A stretch of 32,766 nucleotides of DNA, from contig NC_068985.1 of NCBI RefSeq assembly GCF_001194135.2, positions 109,078,200 through 109,110,965 of the forward strand, read 5' to 3'. The first letter of the stretch is position 1. Each line of letters begins with the position of its first letter. Made by a program: the position numbers and the translations under genes. The notes below the pieces were generated by a model. It did not search any database. It saw nothing but the letters and a program-made list of their open reading frames with translations, and was not told the origin of the DNA. This document shows positions 22,136 through 32,766 of this stretch, in pieces. Source of the DNA: Octopus bimaculoides. Taxonomy: Eukaryota.

Positions 22136-22742
22136 GGAACTATGATTCTTGAACCCCGACATGTTCTATTACATCATACTTATTACTAAATAAGCACTAG
22201 ATTTTCATATGCATATTAAATTATGAAATATTATATTTATTATTATCAAATCGTCATTCACATAATATTAATTCTTGGCAATAATAATAACAACAATGAT
22301 GATGTCGATGATGTCGATGATGATGATGACGATGATGATGATGATGACGATGATGATGATGTTGATTGTGTTGCGTATACGTTACGTGCGTTATGCGAGT
22401 TCGTGTTGTTTCAATTCAGATGTTTGTGCTGTGTCAATGCAGTTGGACTATTGGCTTAAGAGAGAGTGTTTACGGACTTGTCTTTGGTTCATATAAAGAT
22501 ACACGAATGGCGTGTGATATCCGATTCGAGGACGAATTTACTGTGTCAGCAACATTTTATGCGACTCTTTGGGGTATCGATACACAGGAAATGCCATTAC
22601 AGCCATCGCTACACTGTTACCTTTCATCTGAAGTACTACTAAATGTTCGTAATGACAAACACACCGTGTAGGGAATACTTATGAGTTGAGTAAATAAGTA
22701 AGGTTCAATTTCAGTGTGTCTTACTTTCCCGATGCTGGTTTC

Positions 22743-23120
22743 AGCTTGCTTACCAACCACTGCGTGGCACCTTGGTCAAGTGTCTTTTACTATAGCCTCG
22801 GGCCGACCAAAGCCTTGTGAGTGGATTTGGTAGACGGAAACTGAAAGAAGTCCGTCGTATATATGTATATATATGTATATATATATATGTATGCGTGTGT
22901 ATATGTTGTGTATCTGTGTTTGTCCCCCAGCATCACTTGACAACCGATGCTGGTGTGTTTACGTCCCCGTAACTTAGCGGTTCGACAAAAGAGAACGATA
23001 GAATAAGTACTAGGCTTACAAAGAATACGTCCTGGGGTCGATTTGCTCGACTAAAGGCGGTGCTCCAGCATGGCTGCATTCAAATGACTGAAACAAATAA
23101 AAGAGTAAAAGAGTAAAGAG
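22743..23120 (+). mobile_element. SINE family A, most complete copy (internal head deletion, (TA)n spacer, AAAGAGT tail)
   Basis: Joins the 5' half seen at 7191 and the 3' halves seen at 9110, 11410, 24320 and 28360. Confidence 0.88.
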
Positions 23121-24054
23121 TAACCCCTTTTTTACAGAAATTATAACTCTCAAAACTACAGACAATGGTGAGATATTAATACAATCAAAACCTCTTAAAT
23201 TTCCAACTGCACATGAGGGAAATTTGGTGCCATAATATCTTCGTTAAGTTGACTCTCTTGGTATTCTTAACAATCCACATCAAAACATTTGTAACCAAGC
23301 TAACCAGAGCAAGTTTTCCCAAACAATATATTCCTATCCCCTAGTGTAACAAACTTACCCAACTTTGCAAACGATTCTCAAGCTTTCATCGAACTATCCA
23401 CTAATTATTTTAACAACCTACATTTACATCAATGAAAAATTTTTTAAAAAATTAATTTTCGCACATTTCAAAAATTTTCAATGAAAATAGTTCACTAATA
23501 AAGAGAGAATCAAAGTGTTCTGAATACTATAAAATTATAAACTGCAACATGAACTTTGAGGTATGTACATTGAATATAAAATAATTATAGACACATTTAA
23601 AAACATACCCCGCAAGGTAATGTAAAATGTAACCCTAATTATAAAGCAGAAATATTTAATGTTTTTTAAAAAATTACAGACAGTGTTAATCACAATATAG
23701 CAAAACCTAAACAACTGATAGAACACTTACTATCTAGCAACTAAACATGGAAAAGAAAATATAAACAAACGATTTAATAATTCAGTAACAAAATAAAATA
23801 TAGAATATTATATAACTGTCAAAATACGTTAATATAAATCACACCTAACAGTAACATACTGCATAATGTAAACAACCACAGCATCAACAACATTAACGAA
23901 TATCAACCAACACTTTTACTCACGGTAACAGTCTCAAATGAACATGCGTACATTGAAATATTAATCAATGGCCTTTCTGAGACATTTCTCCGAAACCCAA
24001 CAAGAAATATAACGCAAACATGGTAGGAACACAAATCGGTTAAAAAGAAAAATC

Positions 24055-24132
24055 GTGGAAAGTGAGTATTCCTCGATTTGTGGGTCAAACGCTTTAGTTT
24101 AACCCACAAATCGTGGAATACTCACCTTCCAC
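24055..24132. repeat. Near-perfect 36-bp inverted repeat with 6-nt spacer
   Basis: GTGGAAAGTGAGTATTCCTCGATTTGTGGGTCAAAC / GTTTAACCCACAAATCGTGGAATACTCACCTTCCAC; 33/36 complementary. Confidence 0.92.
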
Positions 24133-24319
24133 TTAGACAACGATTTTGATTCTTTCCTGCTATAGGACACCTTTGAAGATGAAAACTTGGCGGAGGTAAA
24201 GGACATGGACCGCACCCCCTTTCGGTTTTCATTTTTGGTGTTTTTTTCTAAAGAAACCCACCTTTTCGTCTGCGGAGAATCCGAATCTGCAAAAAAAAAA
24301 AAAAAATCGGCATTTCAGA

Positions 24320-24395
24320 ATTTGCTCGACTAAAAGGTGGTGCTCCAGCATGGCCCCAGTCAAATGACTGAAACAAGTAAAAGAGTAAAAGAGTA
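24320..24395 (+). mobile_element. SINE family A, 3' end
   Basis: TTTGCTCGACTAAAAGGTGGTGCTCCAGCATGG...AAATGACTGAAACAAGTAAAAGAGT matches 23042-23110. Confidence 0.8.
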
Positions 24396-24595
24396 TATCC
24401 ACAATTTCGTCTGGCCGAACACACAAACGATCACCTTTCAACACTTTGAAACTTTAGGAGATAAACGCTTGTCAATATATACAAACTGCACAATTACGAA
24501 AACTAAACCACGGCAAAACCTGTAAAAAGGCAAGAAAATTTCAGCGATGAAATATCAATATATATATATATGTGTATGTTTGTGTGTGTGTATAT

Positions 24596-24597
<2 letters not shown>

Positions 24598-24628
<31 letters not shown>

Positions 24629-24768
24629 GTTTAACGTCCGCTTTCCATGCTAGCATGGGTTGGACGATTTGACTGAGTACTGGTGAAACCGGATGGCAAC
24701 ACCAGGCTCCAATCTAATTTGGCAGAGTTTCTACAGCTGGATGCCATTCCTAACGCCAGTGTGTGTGT
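24598..24768 (-). mobile_element. SINE 3' half with (GAT)n tail
   Basis: TGGCGTTAGGAATGGCATCCAGCTGTAGAAA...CCAACCCATGCTAGCATGGAAAGCGGACGTTAAAC(GAT)n resembles known RTE-tailed invertebrate SINEs (from memory). Confidence 0.6.
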
Positions 24769-24778
24769 GTGTGTTTGT

Positions 24779-24816
<38 letters not shown>

Positions 24817-24897
24817 GTGCGTGCGTATANNNNNNNNNNNNNNNNNNNNNNNNNNNNNNNNNNNNNNNNNNNNNNNNNNNNNNNNNNNNNNNNNNNN

Positions 24898-24942
<45 letters not shown>

Positions 24943-26098
24943 TGTGTGTGTTGTTATTTTTCTATTCGAAATTAAAACAGAACAGTGTGAGTTGGCCCTT
25001 TCCAAGACCAAGGTCAACCCTCTCATTGGGCGCCTGTAGTAGTAAACACATTTGTCCGCTGTTGACCGCAAGGGTGTGAGGCTTATTTTGCTTCCTGACG
25101 GCACAATTACTGCTGCTGTTGTTGTTGCTACTGCTAACTACTACTATAGCTACTAGTAACAACAATGATAATAGTGCTTTTCCACGAGACAAACACACAC
25201 ATGTGACAGCGTTTACATCCTGCTGACAGAACATATACAATCCCATTACCACTTCTACCGCCACCACGCCAACGCCATCGCCATCCGACTGGAAGTAGAT
25301 CGGAGATTGCCTGATAAATCTGTCTTTTGTCTCCCCGTTTTTGACTCTCTCTGGCTGTCAGTTCAATATCTGCCTCCTTCTACGATACTACATAGGTTCT
25401 GTCGGCATGCCACTTGACATCTTCCAAGAGGCAGATCATAACATAAACTAATTTAAACTTCTCAAAATAAAATTCCCCACTCACCAGAAAATGATAATGC
25501 CTGGGACGTGTGAAACTTACCCAAGGAACCAGATAACTGTGTTAACCCTGTGTGCTTATAACACGGCCCTGGATACCAACCATTGGAATAACCCCTAGAA
25601 CCAGTATCGTTCGAAGAACGCGTTTATCAGTGACCTTAGGTTCTCACACTGAGCTCGAAAAGTCTTTAAATCAGGACCGACCTCCTCAAGAACCTGTAGA
25701 CCTGCGATATTCCCGAAAATGACGGCCAGGATGAACTACCAAACCTATCTCAAAGAATAGGTGTCAATATAAAGATCCTCACCCGTTAACGGGAAAAAAA
25801 CCCCAGCCTGTTGGGCGTTAACAACAGTGTAGAAAACGAATACGAAAAGAAAACATTGCACAAACGAATCTGGAGTGGGGGTGGGGTGGAGAGAGGACTT
25901 TCGGAAAATTTACAAGATCCGATTTTCCCCTCATAATTTTAGGAAAATGGATATATATTGATTTTTTAAAATTTTAACGGAGTTCCACGTTTTCAGCTAT
26001 GGAGAATCTGATTTTGAAAAGAAATTTTCAAAAATTGCATATTCAAAATTTCAGTCCCCCTTTTTCTTCATTTTTCACTTTTTCTGTCTTTTTTTTCT

Positions 26099-26438
26099 TT
26101 GAAGGAAGAAAGAAAAGTCGAGAGATATGACAGGTTAGCTTGGGAAGTTAAGCAGTTGTGGTCGATGGAAAAGGTAGCAGTAGTACCAATAATTGTCGGT
26201 GCCCTGGGAACAGTAATAAAAAATCTCGAGAAGTACGTGGAAAAAATAGGGGCTGCAATAAGGGTGGAGCACTTGCAGAAAACAGCACTATTTGGAACCG
26301 CTCGAATATCCGGAAGGTGCTCTAAAAATAAGGGGTGTTACCTTAGTTCACTGGTAGTGAACAGCTGACACCATAGTATATCTCCATCGTTAGAAGCTGT
26401 GCAAAGGCAATAATAATAATAATAATAATAATAATAAT
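26099..26438 (+). mobile_element. R4/Dong-like 3' end with (TAA)n tail
   Basis: EERKVERYDRLAWEVKQLWSMEKVAVVPIIVGALGTV...LQKTALFGTARI, a short 3' UTR, then (TAA)10 at 26409-26438. Confidence 0.85.
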
Positions 26439-26511
26439 TTCTTCTACACCTGAAATTTACGGGGTTGTGAGGGTATTCGATTAAATTGACTCGAACGTTT
26501 CCGCCAACTTA

Positions 26512-26577
<66 letters not shown>

Positions 26578-26744
26578 AAGAAGAAGAAGAAGAGTAGTAG
26601 AAGTAATAATAATAACAATAACAACAACAAAAACAACATTTTTAACAATATTTTACAATGGATGCTAACGAAAACGATTATGACAAGGTTAATGAAAAAA
26701 CACAGCGCAACCGAAGTCACTGAAGATGAGTTGGAGTAGGTAAA

Positions 26745-26752
26745 TGATGATA

Positions 26753-26805
<53 letters not shown>

Positions 26806-26840
26806 AATGATTATGACGGCGATGGTGATGGTGATGATAA
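26745..26840. repeat. (GAT)n microsatellite
   Basis: Read directly. Confidence 0.9.
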
Positions 26841-28359
26841 TGTGAAAAGCGTAGCTAAATATTTTTTAATAACTTTACTCTAATTTATTGATTCTTCCTT
26901 CCATTCATTTTACTTGTTTTGCATCTCTCAAATTTATCCTCCCTTCTCTCATTCTCTCCACCCGTGCCTCGCTCTCTCATCATTTCTGTCTCTTACATTC
27001 CTAATGCGAGAAAAAACTGACTGTTAAAATGTAGATTCATTATTCTGTTGTTTCATTAAATTTTCTTTTATTTCTCCTTTTCCAACTCCGTTCCTATTAA
27101 TATTTTATTATAAAAAGAAAAATTTTTAATGCAATTATGGTATTTCCATCATGGCAGCTATTTGACTGTCGACAATTTAACTTGACTGTTCTTATGTTAT
27201 CTTTTGAGTTTGCTTCTCTTGTTTTAACTCTGCTTTCTTTTTTTTCGTCTCTCATGTTCAATTAAAGGGGTCGGGGAATAAACTGAATATAAATAAAAAA
27301 TTAAAGATCAATAATATAAAACAGCTATTTTTCTTCCTTTTAAAATGGCTCGTCCATAGAAAATTTTGCGAATTTTATGCTTGCTTTTAGTGAGATGATT
27401 ATGCGTTTGGTATAATGACAATCTATGAGATTTGTTGCCCTGCAAAAGCAAAGATAAAACATTAATTTTATTCCTCTTATATGCATGTGAGTTTAAATGC
27501 ATTCTTACAGTGAAAAGCTCACAGATTCTCAATCACACACACATTATACATACATACATACATACATACATACATACATACATGCACACATATATACATA
27601 CATACATGCATACATACGTACGTACATACATATGTTGCCGAAGGGATGTGGTGTGATTTTCAAAAGGAGCCTGAAGCGATGTTAAGCCTCTGACAGCTCG
27701 TTTTCGTTTGAGGACAAAGACGCAAGAACCCACAATATGGTAGAAGCCATAACCATTCATATTATAAAGGAGTACTGGTAGAATGTCCCAGTGAAACCTT
27801 CAATAAATGTAAAACCTCAATAACATAAATATCACAGAATGCATGAGTGAAACTACAACATCGTCTATAAAAGGATACAATCTTAAAATCACAATCTAGT
27901 GTCGGACATGAAAATGGGAATAGTAATTCATTTCATCTGACTATGAGCTTACAGAGCTGTTTCATTGTTTGATAAAACAGTTCATAAAACAACCCGGTAA
28001 TAGTATGTTATTATTCTATTATACTATCATCATTAATGAAAGCTTTCAGAATGTAATAAGTTGGGTCATTTGACGACCATAATTTTTGTTTAGGATATTA
28101 GGGATGTAAATGAACTTCAGTTATATAAGAATTCTGACTAATATGTAATACTAACTTAAACGCACACTCCGTGCAGACTTTTATTCTGGGCTCCTGGGGA
28201 GGGCCAATTGGCCCTGCGCCCCCAAACCAAGCAACATTTATTAGTGCACTAGCAATATGGTATTACTTTAAATTCAGTTTAAATGAAGAACATCTAACTT
28301 CACAATCTTTTGGAGTTCTTTTAAAATTTCAAAAGAAGATGTGTGTGTGTGTGGTGTGA

Positions 28360-28540
28360 CTTTGTGTCTGTGTTTGTCCCCTAGTACCGCTTAATAACTG
28401 GTACTGCTGTGGTAAAAGAGGCCAATAAAATAGTACTAGGCATCAGAAAGAAAGAAGTGGTGTCAATAGGTTCGATTAAAATTCTTCAAGGCGGGGTCCC
28501 AGCATGGCCGCAGTCTAATGACTGAAAAAGATAAAAGAAC
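28360..28540 (+). mobile_element. SINE family A, 3' half, diverged
   Basis: GTGTTTGTCCCC...AGTACTAGG...TTCAAGGCGGGGTCCCAGCATGGCCGCAGTCTAATGACTGAAA. Confidence 0.7.
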
Positions 28541-30413
28541 CACTAAATTCCTTAGTAATACTTAAAGTTAAGGGAGGTAATTCTTCTACCTCTCAAGGTC
28601 GCTTTACCTGCTGGAAGGAGCAACTCAAATGCTTTTAAATCAGATGTCAATGCTGGATGTTCCAGAACCAAATGAAGGGCAGATTTTCAGACTGCGATAC
28701 ACGGATCCTAGACAGACTCAATTTCGCTTTTATTAATATAGATGTAATATATAAACGAATGTAATACATTAGAGCTATTATACAAGTATATCATAACAGT
28801 TAATGTCTTTATTTATTTTACTTTTACTTCTGTCCGTTTAAAGATTAATATCTAATCGAATATCTATCTATTGATGATGTTCTACCCTCGAAATAGTCTA
28901 AGGATTAAACAAGAAAGCAATTTCATAATTGTAAATAACTTTTGTTAAACTTTTTTCAACAAATGCTATTTAAACTCATTTTATTTCTGTAGGTCAGAAA
29001 CTCAGTTAGAATCTATATTAGGAATATATTTTGACAAAGTGATATACTGACATATTTATTGGATCTGTTATTAGATTGGAGGTACGAAATCTAGTCATAG
29101 TACCACAGTTGTATGAATCAGTAAGAATTATTGTGCCTTTTCTTTACTGACACAATGTATTTTTCTTGACGAGAACTAGATAGAAAACTTTACATTTTCT
29201 GTGAATTGTGCTATCAACTCAGACATCAGAAAATCTTTTTTCACTGTATCTTCCTTACTAAAGTACGTTAAAAATATCATTTAAGATAAATAGAAACGTA
29301 CAGTATTTACAGGAAAAAAAGCTAAAGAAAATATTTAATCTGTTCTAATAAATACAAAATTTCAAAGACTATTTTAAGTTTCAGGAATTAATGATATAAA
29401 TTTTTTTCACCAGGTATTTTTCTTGTATCATTGAAGTAATTTTAAATTGACTTTGCTGTCTTAGAATTCTATTATCAATTTTAAAAAGAACACTATTTGG
29501 AAATAGTCTACGCAAGATTGAAACTAATGTTTTGCAAATATGTATATATATGTGTGAGTATATGTATAGGTGTTTCGATGTTAACGAGTTAACTAGGATA
29601 TGCGTGTGCGTGTAGAGAGTGTGTTATGTCTTGGTTAACTGATAATCAATATACGTAACTTCTACGTAGCTAGCAGTGTAGCAAGGTTTACAACGTGGAA
29701 AAATATTCTGAGTGAAAAGATAAATGTTTTATCGAACTTGCACAAGCTTATCCATGGCTCAGTACCCATAGCCAGAGTTTTCACAGCAGTTCCCAATCAG
29801 AAACTGAATCCATTTAGCCGCTATAACCATAGGCATAGACAAAGAGAGAAGTATATGCGTATGTAATATGAATACACTGACAATAACAATCACACACGTC
29901 CACGTACACACCTGTCTATCAATATACATATTATAAATGTTGAACGCACTGTGGCGAGTTAAAAAAAATTAAAACAGATTATTGTTTATCGTTATTGTTC
30001 GTTTAATTGTATTGTGGTTAAAAGCAGTAAATGACAGGCAATTTTATGACTACACTATACACGTATTTTTCTCAATATTTCAAATTGTTAAGAATTGTTT
30101 TTGATTGAATATTTCAAAAGATCTTTTTATTAGTTTTTATACATTTCTCACCCTAGAATACGCGTAGCAATACAGCAACCCTTCTTAATTGCGATCCTTC
30201 TTTTCAAATTCCAAACTCTTCTGGCAACGATTATCCATCAGGAACGTAGCAAATGCAAGATTTTTAATCATCCACAATACAAGTTGTTATTGTTGCTTTT
30301 TGTGTGTTCACAACACAAGTACCTTCCCGAATTCCTATATGAAAAAGAGGAAATGCATCTAACGTTCTCGTAAGTTATTGCCAGGATGGTTTTTCGCCTC
30401 CCTACGATATATA

Positions 30414-30870
30414 CAGGATGTCCAAGAATTAACTATGATTAACTATGTAGTTCAAGAAAATCGGGCAAATCTGAAAAGAAAAAAAAACAAAACAAAACAA
30501 AACAAATAGACACACCTTTATGCTTATTACTTCATTATGAGATTTATAAGTCTTACGTCAAGATGTTATTGAAAATTTTCAACACGAGTTCCGTCTGTAT
30601 ACCCTCCAAATTTCAAATGTACCATTAGCGTTGCAAAACACATTTTGAAGTATTTCGGGAGTTATCTTTTGCACTGTTAAATGAAAGGATTCTTTAAGTT
30701 CAGCTGAACTATTGCTCCATCTTGAAGAAATGATTGCAGACACATTGAAAAGACTCTCATGGACAAATAAGCGGGATCCAACAAGAAGAAAAATAAACTT
30801 ATGAAAGAACTTGATTATAAGATTATAAACAAAATTAACAAAATTATACGCTTTTGACACATATTAGACA
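30414..30870 (-). mobile_element. Tc1/mariner transposon 3' remnant
   Basis: AELKESFHLTVQKITPEILQNVF resembles the mariner C-terminal helix (ELKxxIxxxxxxITPExLxNV). TA|CAGGATGTCC at 30412-30423 resembles a TACAGGGTGTCC terminal repeat. No partner TIR found. Confidence 0.5.
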
Positions 30871-31199
30871 TGATAATAAAGATATGCATTTAAAAGAATT
30901 GCCTGATTTCACTGAAATAATTAATTCTGAGACATCATGCACACACACACACACATTGTTTTTAATATAGATTTTATCGCGGAGGAAAAACTGTTTTGCC
31001 TGTCGACGGTATATATACACGGAATATGATACATAGATGGGCGTTTTAATTGGCGTTTATTTCTTCAGTAATTCTCTTCCTTCAGAGCCATATCTATACA
31101 TAACTGAACAGACATATGAGAGCAAAAAACAATTCTCTATGAACTCGTTTCAAATGTAAGGAATATTGATATATAAAATTACATCAATAGTTGTAAAGC

Positions 31200-31500
31200 C
31201 AAGCATCCTGGTTCTACGTCGGTTGCGATAAGGCGTGCTCCAGTCGATTCGATCAACCGAAGAGTCTGCTCGTGAAAGTAACGTGCAAATGGCCCACACT
31301 TGATAAACACAAATGCCATAAACATAGTTCTCAGTGTGACAAGAGATTCAGTGTGACAAAATGCGACATGGATGTTGATTTGAATTACAAGTACAACCCA
31401 TTTTTGCTACCTAAGTCGACAAGAACAACGAGAAATAAAGTGTCGTGTTCAAGGATACAATGCGCCAGAAGAAATCGAACAAAGAGCACGCAATGGTTAA
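31200..31500 (-). mobile_element. SINE family C, diverged
   Basis: GAAATAAAGTGTCGTGTTCAAGGATACAATGCG is homologous to GAAAGGAAGTATTTTGCTCAAGAGCACAAGACG at 6050-6082. Confidence 0.55.
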
Positions 31501-32398
31501 CAAAGTCCTCTTTGAAGTTACTACCTTCGCGCCTTCACTGGGCAAGCATCATTGATCAGGCTGTCAGATAAATAACCGTCAAAATTGTCCTACAGCCTTC
31601 TTTGGTAACAAACGCGGAGCGGCTGTGCTTCCATTAGTAGGACTGGTGAAAGTGTTGAAGATAGAATTGTGCTTCTCCGGCCAAACTATCATCAACTTCT
31701 CCACGTACCACCGAGAATTAAAAGTGAAGATGGACAGAATTTTTCTGCCCTAAGTAAATTTGACAAGAGGTGAGGGAGTTGGAGCGATATCAAATATGAG
31801 AAGATCAATAATTGATTATTTTTCTGGATATCTCAGTCAAAAGAAACTACTGCTCACCGAGAGACGTGGTTGGTATCGTTAGCAGGTTACTTAATAAATC
31901 CCTTTTGAGGCCGAAGCTATCACCACATTCTTCCACTATTCTCCACTCTTGTCTGTCTTTTCTACTCCCAGTTCCTGTTGATTTTGATTAGCTATGCTTC
32001 TGCAACTTTGCTTGTTTACCAGGTAAGAAAATTCATTTTGGCCTCTGAAGAGAGATAGTCCATATTAGTCTGGCTTTGATCTGTTCCTCATCGGAGGTCC
32101 TACAGGGATGTTGCGCACAAATGGCACAACTCATAGAGACCTCGAGGCCAACAATCCACCACAGTGTATCACGGTATGGACCTTCTAGTGAGTCATCATC
32201 ACGTAGCACTTCCCAAACTCTCTTCCGTGATTCTCTTTCTGTTATCTTTTCATAAAGATTTAAAATCAAATATTGATACTATATTACATTTACCTTCCCG
32301 AACACTATTCTTCGTATAAATCCCAACACGTTTGCAGGTAATATCGTGGTACCAAACCACTGCTTGTATGCATCAGGAAAACTTGATCAATACGTTTA

Positions 32399-32416
32399 TT
32401 ATTATTATCATCATCA

Positions 32417-32451
<35 letters not shown>

Positions 32452-32766
32452 TTATGTTTGACTTCTGTTTTGCATTTGTACAAGTTGGATCCAAGTCTCA
32501 CCCAGAGACCTCAAGAGACAACAAGTTAGAAGTTCATGTAGGTGTTATGCCTAGGGTACCATATATTTGGATTTGTACAGTTTTGTTCAAGTGAATGTTT
32601 AAGAAACCATAAGAAAATTATGTTTGCTTTAAAATTTGAGATCACATAGACAGTATTTTACGTAGGATATGGGCAGTTCCCATGAGCACTATCTTTTGGA
32701 CTTCAGCCATTTTGGGGTTTCCTGGTATCTGAGCTAGGTAGTAATCAGCCCGTTTCGCTGTCATTC
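32399..32766 (-). mobile_element. R4/Dong-like 3' end with (TAA)n tail
   Basis: MTAKRADYYLAQIPGNPKMAEVQKIVLMGTAHILRKILSM* (stop 32644-32642), about 190 nt of 3' UTR, then an (AAT)n/(GAT)n run at 32452-32399. Confidence 0.85.

Noticed and set aside
21773-22496. Long poly-F/L/K/E/D/M ORFs (also 9481-9818, 15095-15605, 26481-26720 and the N-filled ORFs)
   Set aside because: These are translations of trinucleotide microsatellites or N gaps, not genes.
25320-26090. Possible DNA transposon internal region with a CCCGTTAACGGG palindrome
   Set aside because: No TIR pair, TSD or transposase motif could be identified; left unannotated.
32040-32100. CTGAAGA hammerhead-like core (and CCGATGA on the minus strand)
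   Set aside because: No GAAA with stem III and no NUH at the right spacing on either strand.

Overview
AT-rich, repeat-dense animal DNA with six microsatellite-flanked N gaps. It is almost certainly from a coleoid cephalopod, most likely Octopus, inferred from the crystallin sequence and the SINE types. The only host gene I can support is a minus-strand S-crystallin (sigma-class GST-derived lens protein). Five coding exons (11718-11586, 9537-9442, 6444-6329, 2524-2492, 315-208) splice in frame with GT-AG sites into 162 codons; the last exon lies beyond position 1. The rest is SINEs, R4/Dong-like, RTE and Penelope remnants, Tc1/mariner pieces and microsatellites. The most interesting non-coding signal is in crystallin intron 3: an apparently complete type I hammerhead ribozyme (3624-3708, + strand, antisense to the gene) inside a 355-nt tandem repeat with an abutting inverted partial copy, resembling a retrozyme or Penelope pLTR. 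Weaker hammerhead remnants occur behind a tRNA-like head (10536-10782) and in a Penelope-like tail (~8815-8870). All alignments and folds were done by eye; family names for repeats are from memory and need database confirmation.
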